Positions 1 to 10,320 are shown, numbered from the stretch's first letter. The stretch: DNA of 64,000 nt from Fibrobacteria bacterium (GCA_041746255.1 JBGTHM010000100.1:63087-127086); one strand, 5' to 3'. Translations and numbers: made by a program. The notes: a model not told the origin generated them from the letters alone.

Positions 1-1200
1 CTGAAGCCCGGAGCGATTACCGCCGCCATTCTGAATCCGGAAACCGAGAAATGGCATTGGTTCTGGCTGGTGGAAAAAAAGGAAAAACAGATAAAGCCAT
101 TCGACCGAGTCAAGCTCCTGGTTCGTCAAGACATACAATCGGATCAAACGCGCAAGGTCGCTCCCGAGGACACGCTGGCCACTTTCGCCGGCTCGAAGGT
201 AATTCGCGAATCGGACGTGATTTTTCTGGCCGAAGAAGTACCCGAGCATTTGCGCAGCCGCTATACGCGTGATAGGCTTGTCGATTATCTTTTGACCTGG
301 GAATTGATGACGCTTGAAGCCGAAGCGCTCAAGCTAACCGAAAACATCAAGCTGCAAGCCTCATTGATCGAAAGCCAGGACCGCTATTGGGCGGATATCT
401 ATCGGGATTCGGTATTACAAAAATCCTTCGGACTGGAATCGTCGCTGCTGCAGAAGACTTTCACCGGGAACCGCGACTATTTTCTCCGCGATGGCGAAGA
501 GGGGGAATATTCCACGCATGTCAAGGACATTGCCGCCTTCCTCACACTCGACAGCAACCACTTCGCCTTGGAATATCATCTGAACCCAGAGCGTTATACA
601 CGCAGCGATACGTTGCTTCCTTTCGAAAAAGCCGGTCATGATATTTTCCAGAATCTGAAAAGCGAAGGGCATCAACGCGCCGATAACGAATTGGTGGAGC
701 GCTTGAAAAAGCGTTTCAACGTAGTGATAGTCGACGAAAGCTTGAAGCAGCCGAAAATCTCCGACGCCAACGCGGTTTTTCTGCAGGCTCAAAACCTCCA
801 TTACGATCGTAACCTGGAAAAGGCGTTAGAGCTTTACGAAAAGTTGCGTACCCAGTTTCCCGAAAACCATTCCCTGCAAGATTCGGTCGCCTTCGGAATG
901 GCTCAGATATTCATTGAGCAAGAACAGTATCAAAAAGCCCTCTCCGAATACCGCCGCGTCTCCTACCTCTACCCGAAAAGCCCTAACGAGTACAAGGCCC
1001 AGTTTATGGTGGGATTTATCCAGGCAGAACATATCAAGAACGATTCCGCGGCCGTGCGAACCTTCCGGAAGATGCTGGAAAAGCATCCGAAAAGCGATCT
1101 TTCCGACGACGCCGATTGGATGATTCGGAATATCGAAAGTGGCGGAGCGCTGATGCCGGTATTGGAAGACGAGGCGATTCCGGCCACCCCAGCTGAATAG
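1..1200 (+). CDS. Periplasmic foldase-like (PpiC/SurA-like) protein with C-terminal TPR repeats; 5'-truncated by the window edge
   Basis: Frame 1 is open from base 1 (LKPGAITAAILNPETEKWHWFWLVEKK, like the end of a PpiC domain). C-terminal TPR/BamD-like repeats: ALELYEKLRTQFP, ALSEYRRVSYLYPKS, FRKMLEKHPKSDLSDDA. Confidence 0.6.
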   Translation: MKPGAITAAILNPETEKWHWFWLVEKKEKQIKPFDRVKLLVRQDIQSDQTRKVAPEDTLATFAGSKVIRESDVIFLAEEVPEHLRSRYTRDRLVDYLLTWELMTLEAEALKLTENIKLQASLIESQDRYWADIYRDSVLQKSFGLESSLLQKTFTGNRDYFLRDGEEGEYSTHVKDIAAFLTLDSNHFALEYHLNPERYTRSDTLLPFEKAGHDIFQNLKSEGHQRADNELVERLKKRFNVVIVDESLKQPKISDANAVFLQAQNLHYDRNLEKALELYEKLRTQFPENHSLQDSVAFGMAQIFIEQEQYQKALSEYRRVSYLYPKSPNEYKAQFMVGFIQAEHIKNDSAAVRTFRKMLEKHPKSDLSDDADWMIRNIESGGALMPVLEDEAIPATPAE

Positions 1201-1207
1201 GTCCAAT

Positions 1208-1243
1208 AAAAATGCCCCAATTCCTGAGGATTGGGGCATTTTT
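1208..1243. terminator. Bidirectional intrinsic terminator
   Basis: AAAAATGCCCCAAT...ATTGGGGCATTTTT hairpin with A and T tracts, between a convergent CDS and tRNA. Confidence 0.8.
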
Positions 1244-1319
1244 TGGAGCGGATTATCAGATTCGAACTGACGACCCTTTGCTTGGGAAGCAAAAGCTCTA
1301 CCAACTGAGCTAAATCCGC
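1244..1319 (-). tRNA. tRNA-Gly (CCC)
   Basis: Reverse complement reads GCGGATTTAGCTCAGTTGGTAGAGC-TTTTGC TT CCC AA GCAAA...GTTCGAATC...AATCCGCTCCA; cloverleaf with encoded CCA. Confidence 0.95.
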
Positions 1320-1440
1320 ATGACGACTAATATAATATTTCTCCCTGAATTCGCACTCACTTCTTCCCGTCTCAACTAACTTTCCGCTGTGGGGAAACAC
1401 CCCTTTATATTATTTTTGGCCCAACTGTCAGGAAGGACAC

Positions 1441-1884
1441 ATGGAAAGTACTCTGGTCATTATCAAACCCAATGGCGTTAAAGGCGGAATCATTGGTGAA
1501 ATTATCGGTCGTTTTGAAAAAGCCAGGCTTTCGATACGTGCTTTGAAGATGAAGACCATCACCCGCTCCGAGGTCGAGGAATTCTACGCGGAACATAAAG
1601 ACAAGGGCTTTTTCGGCGAATTGGCCGATTTCATGACTTCCGGCCCGGCGGTACTCATAGCCTTAGCAGGGCCCAACGCCATCGAAACAGTGCGTACCAT
1701 CAACGGCGCCACGAATCCGGCAAATGCCCAGCCCGGTACCATCCGCTATGATTTCGCTCCGAACACGGGTGAGAACATCGTACACTCCTCCGATTCGCCC
1801 AAGAGCGCCGAGCGTGAAATTTCCTTTTGGTTCAAGGCGGACGAATTGGTCGAATACCCGGCCTACTCGCATATCCGGAAATAA
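1441..1884 (+). CDS. ndk: Nucleoside diphosphate kinase
   Basis: TLVIIKP, FMTSGP, GATNP, PGTIR and catalytic NIVHSSDS motifs. Confidence 0.97.
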   Translation: MESTLVIIKPNGVKGGIIGEIIGRFEKARLSIRALKMKTITRSEVEEFYAEHKDKGFFGELADFMTSGPAVLIALAGPNAIETVRTINGATNPANAQPGTIRYDFAPNTGENIVHSSDSPKSAEREISFWFKADELVEYPAYSHIRK

Positions 1885-1951
1885 GCGGCGCGCTGAATTC
1901 CTGGAGAAGCCGGACTCCGCTTGTTAAATTGGTGATGGCGGTGTAGCCTGC

Positions 1952-2473
1952 ATGCTGATTCCCTACCAAAATAACCTACCCCAATTGGGAAGCCGCACCT
2001 ATGTCGCGCCCGGCGCGATTTTGATCGGGCACGTTTCCCTGGGTGAAGACGCATCGGTTTTCTTTCATTGCGTATTAAGGGCAGACATCAACGTTATTTC
2101 GATAGGCGCACGCTCCAATATCCAGGACAATTCCACCGTCCACGTTTCCTCCCTGCTGGGTACCTACGTGGGAAGCGACGTTTCCGTTGGCCATAATTGC
2201 GTTATCCATGCCTGTAAGGTGGCTGACCGGGTGTTGGTGGGAATGGGCTCAATACTCATGGACGGTGTGGAAGTCGGCGAGGATTGCATAATCGGCGCGG
2301 GGAGCCTGCTTACCCGGGGGAGGAAATTCCCCTCCGGCTCCCTTATCATGGGAAATCCCGCCAAGGTGGCGCGAGTGCTCACCATTGAAGAGATCGCCTC
2401 CATCGCCCAATTGGCAAACAAATATGTCGGCGTTAAAGATCATTACCGGGATCAGCAATCCGGCGGAATGTGA
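1952..2473 (+). CDS. Gamma-carbonic anhydrase family hexapeptide-repeat protein
   Basis: VLRAD, NIQDN..VH, VGHN..IH (three Zn-binding His), hexapeptide repeats, GNPAK. Confidence 0.92.
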   Translation: MLIPYQNNLPQLGSRTYVAPGAILIGHVSLGEDASVFFHCVLRADINVISIGARSNIQDNSTVHVSSLLGTYVGSDVSVGHNCVIHACKVADRVLVGMGSILMDGVEVGEDCIIGAGSLLTRGRKFPSGSLIMGNPAKVARVLTIEEIASIAQLANKYVGVKDHYRDQQSGGM

Positions 2474-3070
2474 ATGGGCTGGCTCAAATTACTCGCCGCG
2501 CTGGCTCTGATTTTTGCCGTGACGGTCTGGCTGATAAACGCCTTCATCGTGGTAGTGGCCAAGCCCCAAATGGTCGAAACCCTGATGGAAATGCCGGACG
2601 TGGAAGCAGTAGTGGTACCGGGAGCCAGCGTCTACCGCTCAGGCAAACTTTCACCGGTATTGCAACGTCGCATGGAAGCGGGCATCCGATTCATTTCCCA
2701 CAACGACTCGGCCTACTTGGTGCTCTCCGGTTATTCCATTCCCGACGGTTATAATGAAACGGCCGCCATGCTGGAGTTCGCCCGCAAAAACCATGTTCCG
2801 GATGACCGCATCCTGACCGACAAAAATGGTCGTTCCACTTATGTTACGCTTTTGAACTGCAAACGGGATATGGGCCTGCGACGTATTCTTATTGTGAGTC
2901 AAGACTACCACCTGCCCCGGGCGCTTTACATCGCCAAAGGGCTGGGCATGGAAGCCCGGGGGTTTTCAGTGGAGCAAAGCCCCACCTCGCGATTCCATTG
3001 GCGGGAATACAGCTCCCGTTTCAAGGACTTCATTCTGCTGCGGATATCAGGCCTTTTCAACGCGCGATGA
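2474..3070 (+). CDS. SanA/YdcF (DUF218) family protein
   Basis: N-terminal TM; VVPGA, LSG..YNE, G.STY, VSQDYHLPRA and RE motifs. Confidence 0.88.
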   Translation: MGWLKLLAALALIFAVTVWLINAFIVVVAKPQMVETLMEMPDVEAVVVPGASVYRSGKLSPVLQRRMEAGIRFISHNDSAYLVLSGYSIPDGYNETAAMLEFARKNHVPDDRILTDKNGRSTYVTLLNCKRDMGLRRILIVSQDYHLPRALYIAKGLGMEARGFSVEQSPTSRFHWREYSSRFKDFILLRISGLFNAR

Positions 3071-4059
3071 AAGCCGGAAAACTTGCCATCACCTTTCTCA
3101 TCAACCCCATATCCGGTGGCGGGATCGGAAAAGACGTTTTCTCGCTGCTTCCCGAAATAATGACCTCGTTCGGATTCGCGCCCGGCGAGTGGGATGCCCA
3201 ATTGACGCAACATGACCGGTTGGAAGCACAAACCGACGCCGTCTTGCAATCCGCCGACAAAATCATCGCCGTAGGTGGCGACGGCACCATCGGCTTCATA
3301 CTTTCGCGCTTGAAGGCCATGCAAACCACCCAAGCCCAAATCGGCCTAATACCACTGGGAACGGGAAACGATTTGGGACGCAGCCTCGGTGTTTACCGCA
3401 TCTATTCGCAAAAAGGTTTGTTGGCATGTGTAAAAAGATTACTCAAAGCACCCAGTACGCCTTTCGATTTGTGGGATATCAACGGTTCCCTCACTTTGGC
3501 CTCTTATTTCAGCTTCGGAATGGATGCCGCGGTTTTACAGGACTTCGATCGCGCCCGTTCGGAAGGACGCATACCCAAGGGCGCCCTTTTCAATCTCCTC
3601 TATTACGCCAAAGCCTTCTGCGTCCATGCTACCCGCGGAATAGGGAGTCCGGTGGAATTAAGCCTGATTACCCCCCAGGGTAAAGTTGTTTTACACTTGC
3701 AAAATGAGGTCTGTTGCCTGGTAGCCAATATCAATTCCTATGCCGCCGGGTCGCGGCCGTTTCCACAAAGCTCTTTCAACGACGGCAAACTGGACATCGC
3801 CATCTTCAATTCGCTGTGGATATACCTGCTTCTGATAGGATTGTCGCGAGTGATGCCGGGACTGGCACGCGCCTTTGGAATGCGGTTACGGCGCTTCGAA
3901 GCTACCGAAATCGAATTGAAGGGATTGGTCGGAGTTCCGGCTCAACTGGACGGCGAAAACGTAACTCCCACCTGCTCCGAAAACCCATGCCTCACCATCC
4001 GTCATGCCGGACAAGTCCGGCTGTTGGATTTGAGGCGAGTCGGTTTCAACCTATTCTGA
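3067..4059 (+). CDS. Diacylglycerol/lipid kinase family protein
   Basis: INPISG, GGDGT, IPLGTGNDL, FSFGMDA, DGKLDI and QLDGE motifs; ATG at 3067 overlaps the upstream stop (ATGA). Confidence 0.9.
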   Translation: MKAGKLAITFLINPISGGGIGKDVFSLLPEIMTSFGFAPGEWDAQLTQHDRLEAQTDAVLQSADKIIAVGGDGTIGFILSRLKAMQTTQAQIGLIPLGTGNDLGRSLGVYRIYSQKGLLACVKRLLKAPSTPFDLWDINGSLTLASYFSFGMDAAVLQDFDRARSEGRIPKGALFNLLYYAKAFCVHATRGIGSPVELSLITPQGKVVLHLQNEVCCLVANINSYAAGSRPFPQSSFNDGKLDIAIFNSLWIYLLLIGLSRVMPGLARAFGMRLRRFEATEIELKGLVGVPAQLDGENVTPTCSENPCLTIRHAGQVRLLDLRRVGFNLF

Positions 4060-4815
4060 AGGAAGGCGGATCAGGGAAGGTCCATCGTCGCTCACTAACC
4101 CGCCCACCCCTTCCAATGCCGCTTCGCATAAGCGCGAATACCCTTCGATATTCCAAACGAGCAATTTTGACCTCGGTAAGTCCGCTGGAGGAAAAGCATC
4201 AGGCATACCGATGACCCGGCGGTAAGCGGCCCAGGGCAGCGAAAAATAAGCTACGCCGGCCAGCTCCAGGGCGCCACCGGCCTGGACATGTTTCCAATAG
4301 CGGGAGAAGTCACGGTGGTTTTCGAAAATAGGAACCAATGGCATGCGGGGATCGAGGAGCCGCACCCGACGCAACAAAGGAAGGTGAAAGCTCGCCAAGA
4401 AAGTTTGTGGATGGCGGGGGAAATCTCCCAGCACTTCCAGCGTAGCTGCGGCCAGGCTGTCGAGGTAAGCGTGGTCCTCGGCTTTGGCACGAGGCACTTT
4501 CATTTCCAGATAATAGGGCTTGTCACCCAAGACTGCTAGAAAGCGACGCAGCTCGGGTATAGCCCATTCCTCGTTATCTCGCCGAATGGGGATACGACGA
4601 ATTTCCTCCCGGGTCAGTGAATGGATAGGCGCATCCAGGCCGCACATACGCCTACAATCGTCGTCGTGAAACACAATCGGTTCGCCGTCCTTGGAAAGTT
4701 GCACGTCGAACTCCACCATGTCGCAACCCTGGGTATAGGCTTCGAGCAAGGCTTCCAGGGTATTTTCGGGGTGGCGCCCATGCCAACCCCGATGAGCGAT
4801 TCTAAGCGACGGCAC
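4051..4815 (-). CDS. Glycerophosphodiester phosphodiesterase
   Basis: IAHRG, PENTL, VEFDVQLSKDG..IVFHD and LEMK motifs. Confidence 0.92.
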   Translation of the reverse strand: MPSLRIAHRGWHGRHPENTLEALLEAYTQGCDMVEFDVQLSKDGEPIVFHDDDCRRMCGLDAPIHSLTREEIRRIPIRRDNEEWAIPELRRFLAVLGDKPYYLEMKVPRAKAEDHAYLDSLAAATLEVLGDFPRHPQTFLASFHLPLLRRVRLLDPRMPLVPIFENHRDFSRYWKHVQAGGALELAGVAYFSLPWAAYRRVIGMPDAFPPADLPRSKLLVWNIEGYSRLCEAALEGVGGLVSDDGPSLIRLPSE

Positions 4816-6385
4816 GATGACGGTTCCCTTCTAGATAGTGGCGATAATCGACTTGCGATGCGATTTGCGCATATCCCTCCACGTTTTCGCGGAAAAGATT
4901 TTCCACTGCAAGCAGGCTTTCCAATCCGCCTCCGGGTGAAAAGAAAATATCGGTTCGCCGCCGGTAAAAATCAAGCGGAGAAGCAGCCTGCTCCTTTTCA
5001 ATGGCGAACAGCACTTCTCCCGCCAAAAGTGGCTCGTCTTTTGATAACCGCGCCGCATATGCGGGTTTGGACTGGGTAAACTCGGCCAACTCGAGCGCCC
5101 TCCGTCCATACCGGTTCAGCCAAGTATCCGCGATGGCGTCGTCGCAGAAGGGAAAATCCCGCAAGCGTCTTTTCGCAGCATCCCTTTCCGTCCCATCCCG
5201 CCAACCTCCGGGAAATAGCCTGCCTTCCGTAGATTCATCGGGGGGGGTTCCGGTGATAAATTGAAAATATTCCTCGGCGAGGGCTCGATGCGTGGTGTAT
5301 TTCCCCCCTACCATCGTGTAGACGCCATTTGCCAGGGCTTTAAATTGATGCTCCCGGCTAACCGCAGCCGATCCGTTCCCCTTTCCTCCCCCGCCGGCCA
5401 GCGGTCGAATACCCGCAAAGGCGCAGATTACCCTCACTTGAGTCCCAGGGAAGTAATGCGCCGTAAGCCGGTGCAATTCATCGATTTCCACGTCGAGCGG
5501 CAAGGGGGTTTCCGGGACATTACCTGGGATTTCCACTTCGGTAGTTCCGATCAGGTGATATTTTTTCCAAGGGAGCACGAAAAAATAACGGCCGGTTCCG
5601 GGCACAGGAAGGATGAAACTCGAGGTAGAAGTCAGTTTCTCCACTACCAAATGCGCTCCCTGACTGGGACGTAATTGTTTCTCCGCACTTGGAAATTGAG
5701 CGGTCGCCACCTGGTCGGTCCAGGGGCCAAGGGTCATCGCCACCTTCCGGCACCGGTAAACCCTTTCCCGCAAGGTGCGCAAGTTAAGTACGGTGACTTC
5801 CAGAGTAAGCCTGCCCTCCTCATCCCGGCCTGCTTCCTCAACGCCCAAAAAACGATGGTAATTCCAGGAGGCCGCACCCAGCGACCAGGCATCCACCAGA
5901 TTTTCCATAACCAAACGGCTGTCGTCCATGGAACAATCCGAATAGGCATACGCGGCGCAGGGAGTTCCGGGAAGAAATTGAGGTTCGAGCGCCCCGACCT
6001 GTGACTGGGAAAGATACCGATGTGATTGTAATCCCAGCTTTCCGGCCAAGGTATCATAGAGTACCATAGCCGCTTTGATGCTCCAGCGCATCCGGCCACC
6101 AGTCAAGCCCACGGGAAACAGAAATCTGCGTTCCTCCACCAAATGAGGGGCGGCGCGTAAAAGCCGCGCCCGTTCCCGTACCGACTCGCGCACCAGCGCG
6201 AATTCGAAATGTTCGAGATAGCGTATTCCCCCGTGCACCAGCTTGGAAGTAGCCGAACTGGCTCCCTGCCCATAATCCCCCGCCTCGAAAAGCCCTACGC
6301 GCATACCCTGGAGAGCCGCTACCCGCGCTAGGGCCGCGCCGTTGATTCCTCCCCCGATGATTATCATTTCAAAGTCGGTTTGCAT
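4802..6385 (-). CDS. glpD: FAD-dependent glycerol-3-phosphate dehydrogenase
   Basis: IIGGGING, SSATSKLVHGGIRYLE, DDSRL, GPWTD, AGIRPL, SREH and GGKYTT motifs. Confidence 0.93.
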   Translation of the reverse strand: MQTDFEMIIIGGGINGAALARVAALQGMRVGLFEAGDYGQGASSATSKLVHGGIRYLEHFEFALVRESVRERARLLRAAPHLVEERRFLFPVGLTGGRMRWSIKAAMVLYDTLAGKLGLQSHRYLSQSQVGALEPQFLPGTPCAAYAYSDCSMDDSRLVMENLVDAWSLGAASWNYHRFLGVEEAGRDEEGRLTLEVTVLNLRTLRERVYRCRKVAMTLGPWTDQVATAQFPSAEKQLRPSQGAHLVVEKLTSTSSFILPVPGTGRYFFVLPWKKYHLIGTTEVEIPGNVPETPLPLDVEIDELHRLTAHYFPGTQVRVICAFAGIRPLAGGGGKGNGSAAVSREHQFKALANGVYTMVGGKYTTHRALAEEYFQFITGTPPDESTEGRLFPGGWRDGTERDAAKRRLRDFPFCDDAIADTWLNRYGRRALELAEFTQSKPAYAARLSKDEPLLAGEVLFAIEKEQAASPLDFYRRRTDIFFSPGGGLESLLAVENLFRENVEGYAQIASQVDYRHYLEGNRHRAVA

Positions 6386-6511
6386 GTGGTTTCCGTCCGT
6401 GGCACCTATCCAGGGTAATTCCTATATTGCTGCTGGGTACCTTGCTCCCGGCATTCATCGAATGCCGGTTATCCATTTCGGGAATAAACAAAAGTTTAAC
6501 ATCGAGTTCCT

Positions 6512-7588
6512 ATGATTGACCAGATTTCCATTACCAAGTCCCCTTGCCTGACGAAATCAGTCGTGCGAGCCTTGATGATTCCTGTCCTTACCGTTTTATT
6601 GATATCCGAGCCTGCATATGCACAAGGCGCCGACAAACCTTCGCGAACCGTGATTACTGTCGGTTCGAACAACATCAATCGAGGTCAAATCGAGTCGCTG
6701 GTCAGTTTGATGGAGAAACAGCAAGGCCCTGAGCGCCCTGTCACGGACCAGGACCGAGCCCGCTTACGCCAAATGATCGCCACCAACCTGATTGGACAGG
6801 AATTAGTCGGCTTGGAGGCGAAGCGACTTAAAATTGCCGCCCAGCCTCAGGAAATCGATTCGGCATTTCAAATCCTGAAAGCCGCTTATCCGGATGACAA
6901 GGTTTTCACATCCACACTGGCACAAGCCGGCGACACGGAAAAAAGCCTTCGCGAAAAATTGGCGCGTCAAATTGTCCAAGACAAATTACTGGACACCCAG
7001 GTACCTGCTCCCACGGAACCGACCGAAAAGGATTTGCAAGCCTTCTATGCAAGCAACAAGAAGGATTTTCCCGTGAACGATACGCTTCGGGCCAGTCAGA
7101 TCGTCTTGCTGGCTCCCAAGAACGCCACCGCTGCGGCTGCAAAAGCGAAAAAAGAACAACTGGATAAAATCCGCGCCGAGTTGCTGCGAGACAGCGCCGA
7201 CTTTCCACGCCTGGTTTCGCAGTTTACGGCACTGGCCGCCAATTATTCCGAAACCCCTGAGAAACAACGTGGGGGCGATTTAGGCCGCTTCGCGCCCGGG
7301 GATTTCAAGGCGGATTTCTCGGGAGAGGTTAAAAAAATGGAAATGGGTCAACTCTCTCCGGTTTTCCGTACTTCGATGGGATGGCACTTGGTCCTGCTCA
7401 CCGAAAAGAATGACGGTAAATTTTCCAGTTATCGTTTTCGCATCGCACAATTCCTGATGACGAGGGAAACCATGGAGAAGGCCAAAATCCTGCGCGATTT
7501 TCTGCAATCCCTGGCCAAAAAATATCCCGTCAAATACCTTGACCCCTCCTATCGCGATACCTCAGCCAACGCCATTTATAAATCCTGA
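6512..7588 (+). CDS. SurA/PrsA-like peptidyl-prolyl isomerase (start may be 6575)
   Basis: Signal peptide, SurA N-like helices, rotamase motifs FTALAANYSE, GGDLG and VFRTSMGWHLV. Confidence 0.88.
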   Translation: MIDQISITKSPCLTKSVVRALMIPVLTVLLISEPAYAQGADKPSRTVITVGSNNINRGQIESLVSLMEKQQGPERPVTDQDRARLRQMIATNLIGQELVGLEAKRLKIAAQPQEIDSAFQILKAAYPDDKVFTSTLAQAGDTEKSLREKLARQIVQDKLLDTQVPAPTEPTEKDLQAFYASNKKDFPVNDTLRASQIVLLAPKNATAAAAKAKKEQLDKIRAELLRDSADFPRLVSQFTALAANYSETPEKQRGGDLGRFAPGDFKADFSGEVKKMEMGQLSPVFRTSMGWHLVLLTEKNDGKFSSYRFRIAQFLMTRETMEKAKILRDFLQSLAKKYPVKYLDPSYRDTSANAIYKS

Positions 7589-7606
7589 TCCGGCGGAACG
7601 GCGAGT

Positions 7607-9499
7607 ATGCTGTCGCAAGAAGAATTCATCGGCCTCAAGTTCGAGAAATGCCGCATCGAAAGGCTTATCGGAAGAGGGGGTTATGGCCTGACCTTCCTGG
7701 CCTTCGATGAAGAGCTTCTGGAAGACCGCGTCATCAAGATCTGCCAAACTCCCCTTAATGCAGGCGCTGACACCGAATCGCGCCTGAAGCCTTTCATTGA
7801 TGAAGGCCTCATCCTCAGCAGGTTGAAACACCCGCAAATCGTTACCTTACGAGCCCAGGGTGAGCTTTACCGGCATCGCTACATGCTGCTCGACTATATT
7901 CATGGCCATAGCTTCAAGGCCATCCTGGATGCCGTATCCAACCGCTCCCGGGAGCTGGGGTGCCCCTGGGGGGATCTCCTCGACCCGCCTACCGCTTCGG
8001 CCCTCATTCTCAGCAGCCTCTATCCCTTGGCCTACGCCCATAGCGCGAACATACATCTTCACGATCGGGAGATTTTCGGAGTAGCCCACCGGGACGTCGC
8101 TCCTGGCAATTTGATTCTGGGGGCCAAGGGAAACGAAAAGAACAAAGTCATCCTTATCGATTTCGGAACGGCCAAGACCAGCTTGCAGGAAAGCGTAACC
8201 GTCAACCAAAACCTGGTGGGTACCGTACCCTATATGAGCAAGGCTCGCTTACAAAAGGCCACCGCTTCCGACCGGAACAGCAAACATCAAGAGTTCTGGC
8301 AAAGCTTTCGGGAGACCCGGCATGACGTGCACAGCATGGGGGTTTTATACTACCAGATGCTGACAGGCGACCTCCTTTTCTCGGGAGATACCACTCCGCA
8401 GGTAATTGTGCAAATCCTGGATCCGGAGAATTATTTCCAATGCTATGAAACCATTAAGACATTGCATGAACCTGTCGGCTCAATAATTCGTAAGTCTATA
8501 ATCTATTATGACTTCGAGAAATCTCTCGATAATCAGGATTATCAATTTCCCGATGCTTTAGCCATGCTCCAAGCCATGGAAAAGATGTATTCCCAGGCAT
8601 TCGGGGAAATTGACTATCGGACCCGCCTTGAAAGGTTGAATGCCAAACTAGCCGACTTGCAAACCCTCATCCCCACTACCGGTCCCAGGAGAATGGCAGC
8701 GCACCTGACCCAGGAGCTCCCCCCCGCTACACCTTCCACCCATCCCGTCCAGGATTTTCAGGGGAAGCTGGTCGATTCTACCCAAAGTCGATTTTCGGGC
8801 ATAGGCGCACTCGGGTTACTGCTCATTTCCGTAGTAGGTGGCGCATATTGGCTCCTGCATTCCCAGCGACCTGCGAAACCCGTGATGGCTCTGGACAGAT
8901 TGGAAAGCCTTGCCAACGACTCCGCACTTCCTCCTTCCCGATTATCGGAAAAACCGGTAGCCAGACCCGGCGGTCATTCGAACCGCCAAGCCCCGGTAGT
9001 TGCGCATACCGAAAAGCCCCAAGCGAAGCCCGAAAAAGGTGATGAGCCCCGCCCCTTGGATGAAGCCACCCTCGTGCCTGATATAAGGGAGTCGACGTTA
9101 CCCCGCGAGCGGTTTATCGAAGCCCAAACACTGGTGCGAACGGGCAAGGCCGATGCCCTTGGCCGGGTCGAATCGTTGTTGGGTGAATATCCGGACTCTC
9201 CCGATTTGCTCTTCCTGAGCTGTAAAATCATGGAGAAAGTGGAACCTCCTCCACCCAAATTGAGAACTGCACTGGTACAACTGCAACAAGCCGCCCCCTC
9301 ACACCTGCACCCCCAGGTTTTTCAGGAAAACATCCTTTTCATGCTGTGGCAGGTGGATAGCCGCCGCTTCGAGATTACGGGACAGGCCTCGGATAAAATC
9401 GATATGATCAAATCCGGCCATAAATACCTGGCCAAATACAGGGAAAATCCCCGCTTTCAGGAAAAATCCCGGTTAATCGAGCAAAAGCTGCATAACTAG
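7607..9499 (+). CDS. Membrane-anchored Hanks-type Ser/Thr protein kinase
   Basis: GRGGYG, VIK, HPQIV, HRDVAPGN, DFG and GT..YM motifs; central TM (IGALGLLLISVVGGAYWLL), Pro-rich linker, helical C-terminal domain. Confidence 0.9.
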   Translation: MLSQEEFIGLKFEKCRIERLIGRGGYGLTFLAFDEELLEDRVIKICQTPLNAGADTESRLKPFIDEGLILSRLKHPQIVTLRAQGELYRHRYMLLDYIHGHSFKAILDAVSNRSRELGCPWGDLLDPPTASALILSSLYPLAYAHSANIHLHDREIFGVAHRDVAPGNLILGAKGNEKNKVILIDFGTAKTSLQESVTVNQNLVGTVPYMSKARLQKATASDRNSKHQEFWQSFRETRHDVHSMGVLYYQMLTGDLLFSGDTTPQVIVQILDPENYFQCYETIKTLHEPVGSIIRKSIIYYDFEKSLDNQDYQFPDALAMLQAMEKMYSQAFGEIDYRTRLERLNAKLADLQTLIPTTGPRRMAAHLTQELPPATPSTHPVQDFQGKLVDSTQSRFSGIGALGLLLISVVGGAYWLLHSQRPAKPVMALDRLESLANDSALPPSRLSEKPVARPGGHSNRQAPVVAHTEKPQAKPEKGDEPRPLDEATLVPDIRESTLPRERFIEAQTLVRTGKADALGRVESLLGEYPDSPDLLFLSCKIMEKVEPPPPKLRTALVQLQQAAPSHLHPQVFQENILFMLWQVDSRRFEITGQASDKIDMIKSGHKYLAKYRENPRFQEKSRLIEQKLHN

Positions 9500-9572
9500 A
9501 ATTGCCCTTTAAAATATCGCCGGCTTTTGGTAAATTAAGCCCCGTCAGAAGATTACCTCATAAAGGATAACC

Positions 9573-10022
9573 ATGTATTCAGTGATTGTTAGCGGCGGTT
9601 TACAGCATAAAATCACGCTGGGCGAGACCCTGAAATTGCCCAAAATCGAAGCCGGCATCGGTGATGAACTGTCGGTCTCGGAAGTGCTCCTATACTCCGA
9701 CGAAGGGAAAGTCCATGTGGGCACTCCTATCGTTGCGGATGCCGTGATTAAACTCGAAGTGCTCTCGCAAGGTCGCGAAGATAAAATCATCGTCTTTAAG
9801 CGCAAGGCACGTAAACGCTATCGTTTGACGCGAGGACATCGCCAACCCTTTACCGAAGTCTTGGTAACCGAGATGGGTTTGGGTGCGACCAAACATGCAG
9901 TGGAAGATACGATAAAGGTACGGGCCCGTGCGCGCATCGTCGCACTCGAAGCCCAGAAGGCGCAAATCACAAAACCCACGCGAGCCCAAAAGGTTGCCGC
10001 GGCGCAAAAGGTCGAGGCGTAA
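9573..10022 (+). CDS. rplU: 50S ribosomal protein bL21 with C-terminal extension
   Basis: MYSVIVSGGLQHK, VGTP and KIIVFKRKARKRYR...GHRQPFT motifs; adjacent to rpmA. Confidence 0.97.
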   Translation: MYSVIVSGGLQHKITLGETLKLPKIEAGIGDELSVSEVLLYSDEGKVHVGTPIVADAVIKLEVLSQGREDKIIVFKRKARKRYRLTRGHRQPFTEVLVTEMGLGATKHAVEDTIKVRARARIVALEAQKAQITKPTRAQKVAAAQKVEA

Positions 10023-10053
10023 ACCCCGGCTTCGCTTCAAAAAGGATTGAAAA

Positions 10054-10320
10054 ATGGCTCATAAAAAAGGACTTGGCAGTACACGGAACGGTCGGGACTC
10101 CAACCCGAAATACCGTGGTGTGAAAAAATTCGGCGGTCAAACCGTGATTGCCGGGAATATCATCGTACGTCAAAAGGGGACCAAATGGCATCCCGGTACC
10201 AACGTGGGAATGGGACGCGACTTTACGATTTTCTCACTTATCGAGGGTGTAGTCTCCTTTGAACGCTTCGACAAAACCCGTCAGAAAATCAGCGTCAAAC
10301 CCTTGGCTTCAGCCGCCTGA
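10054..10320 (+). CDS. rpmA: 50S ribosomal protein bL27
   Basis: [16 protein letters not shown] and [10 protein letters not shown] motifs. Confidence 0.98.
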   Translation: MAHKKGLGSTRNGRDSNPKYRGVKKFGGQTVIAGNIIVRQKGTKWHPGTNVGMGRDFTIFSLIEGVVSFERFDKTRQKISVKPLASAA

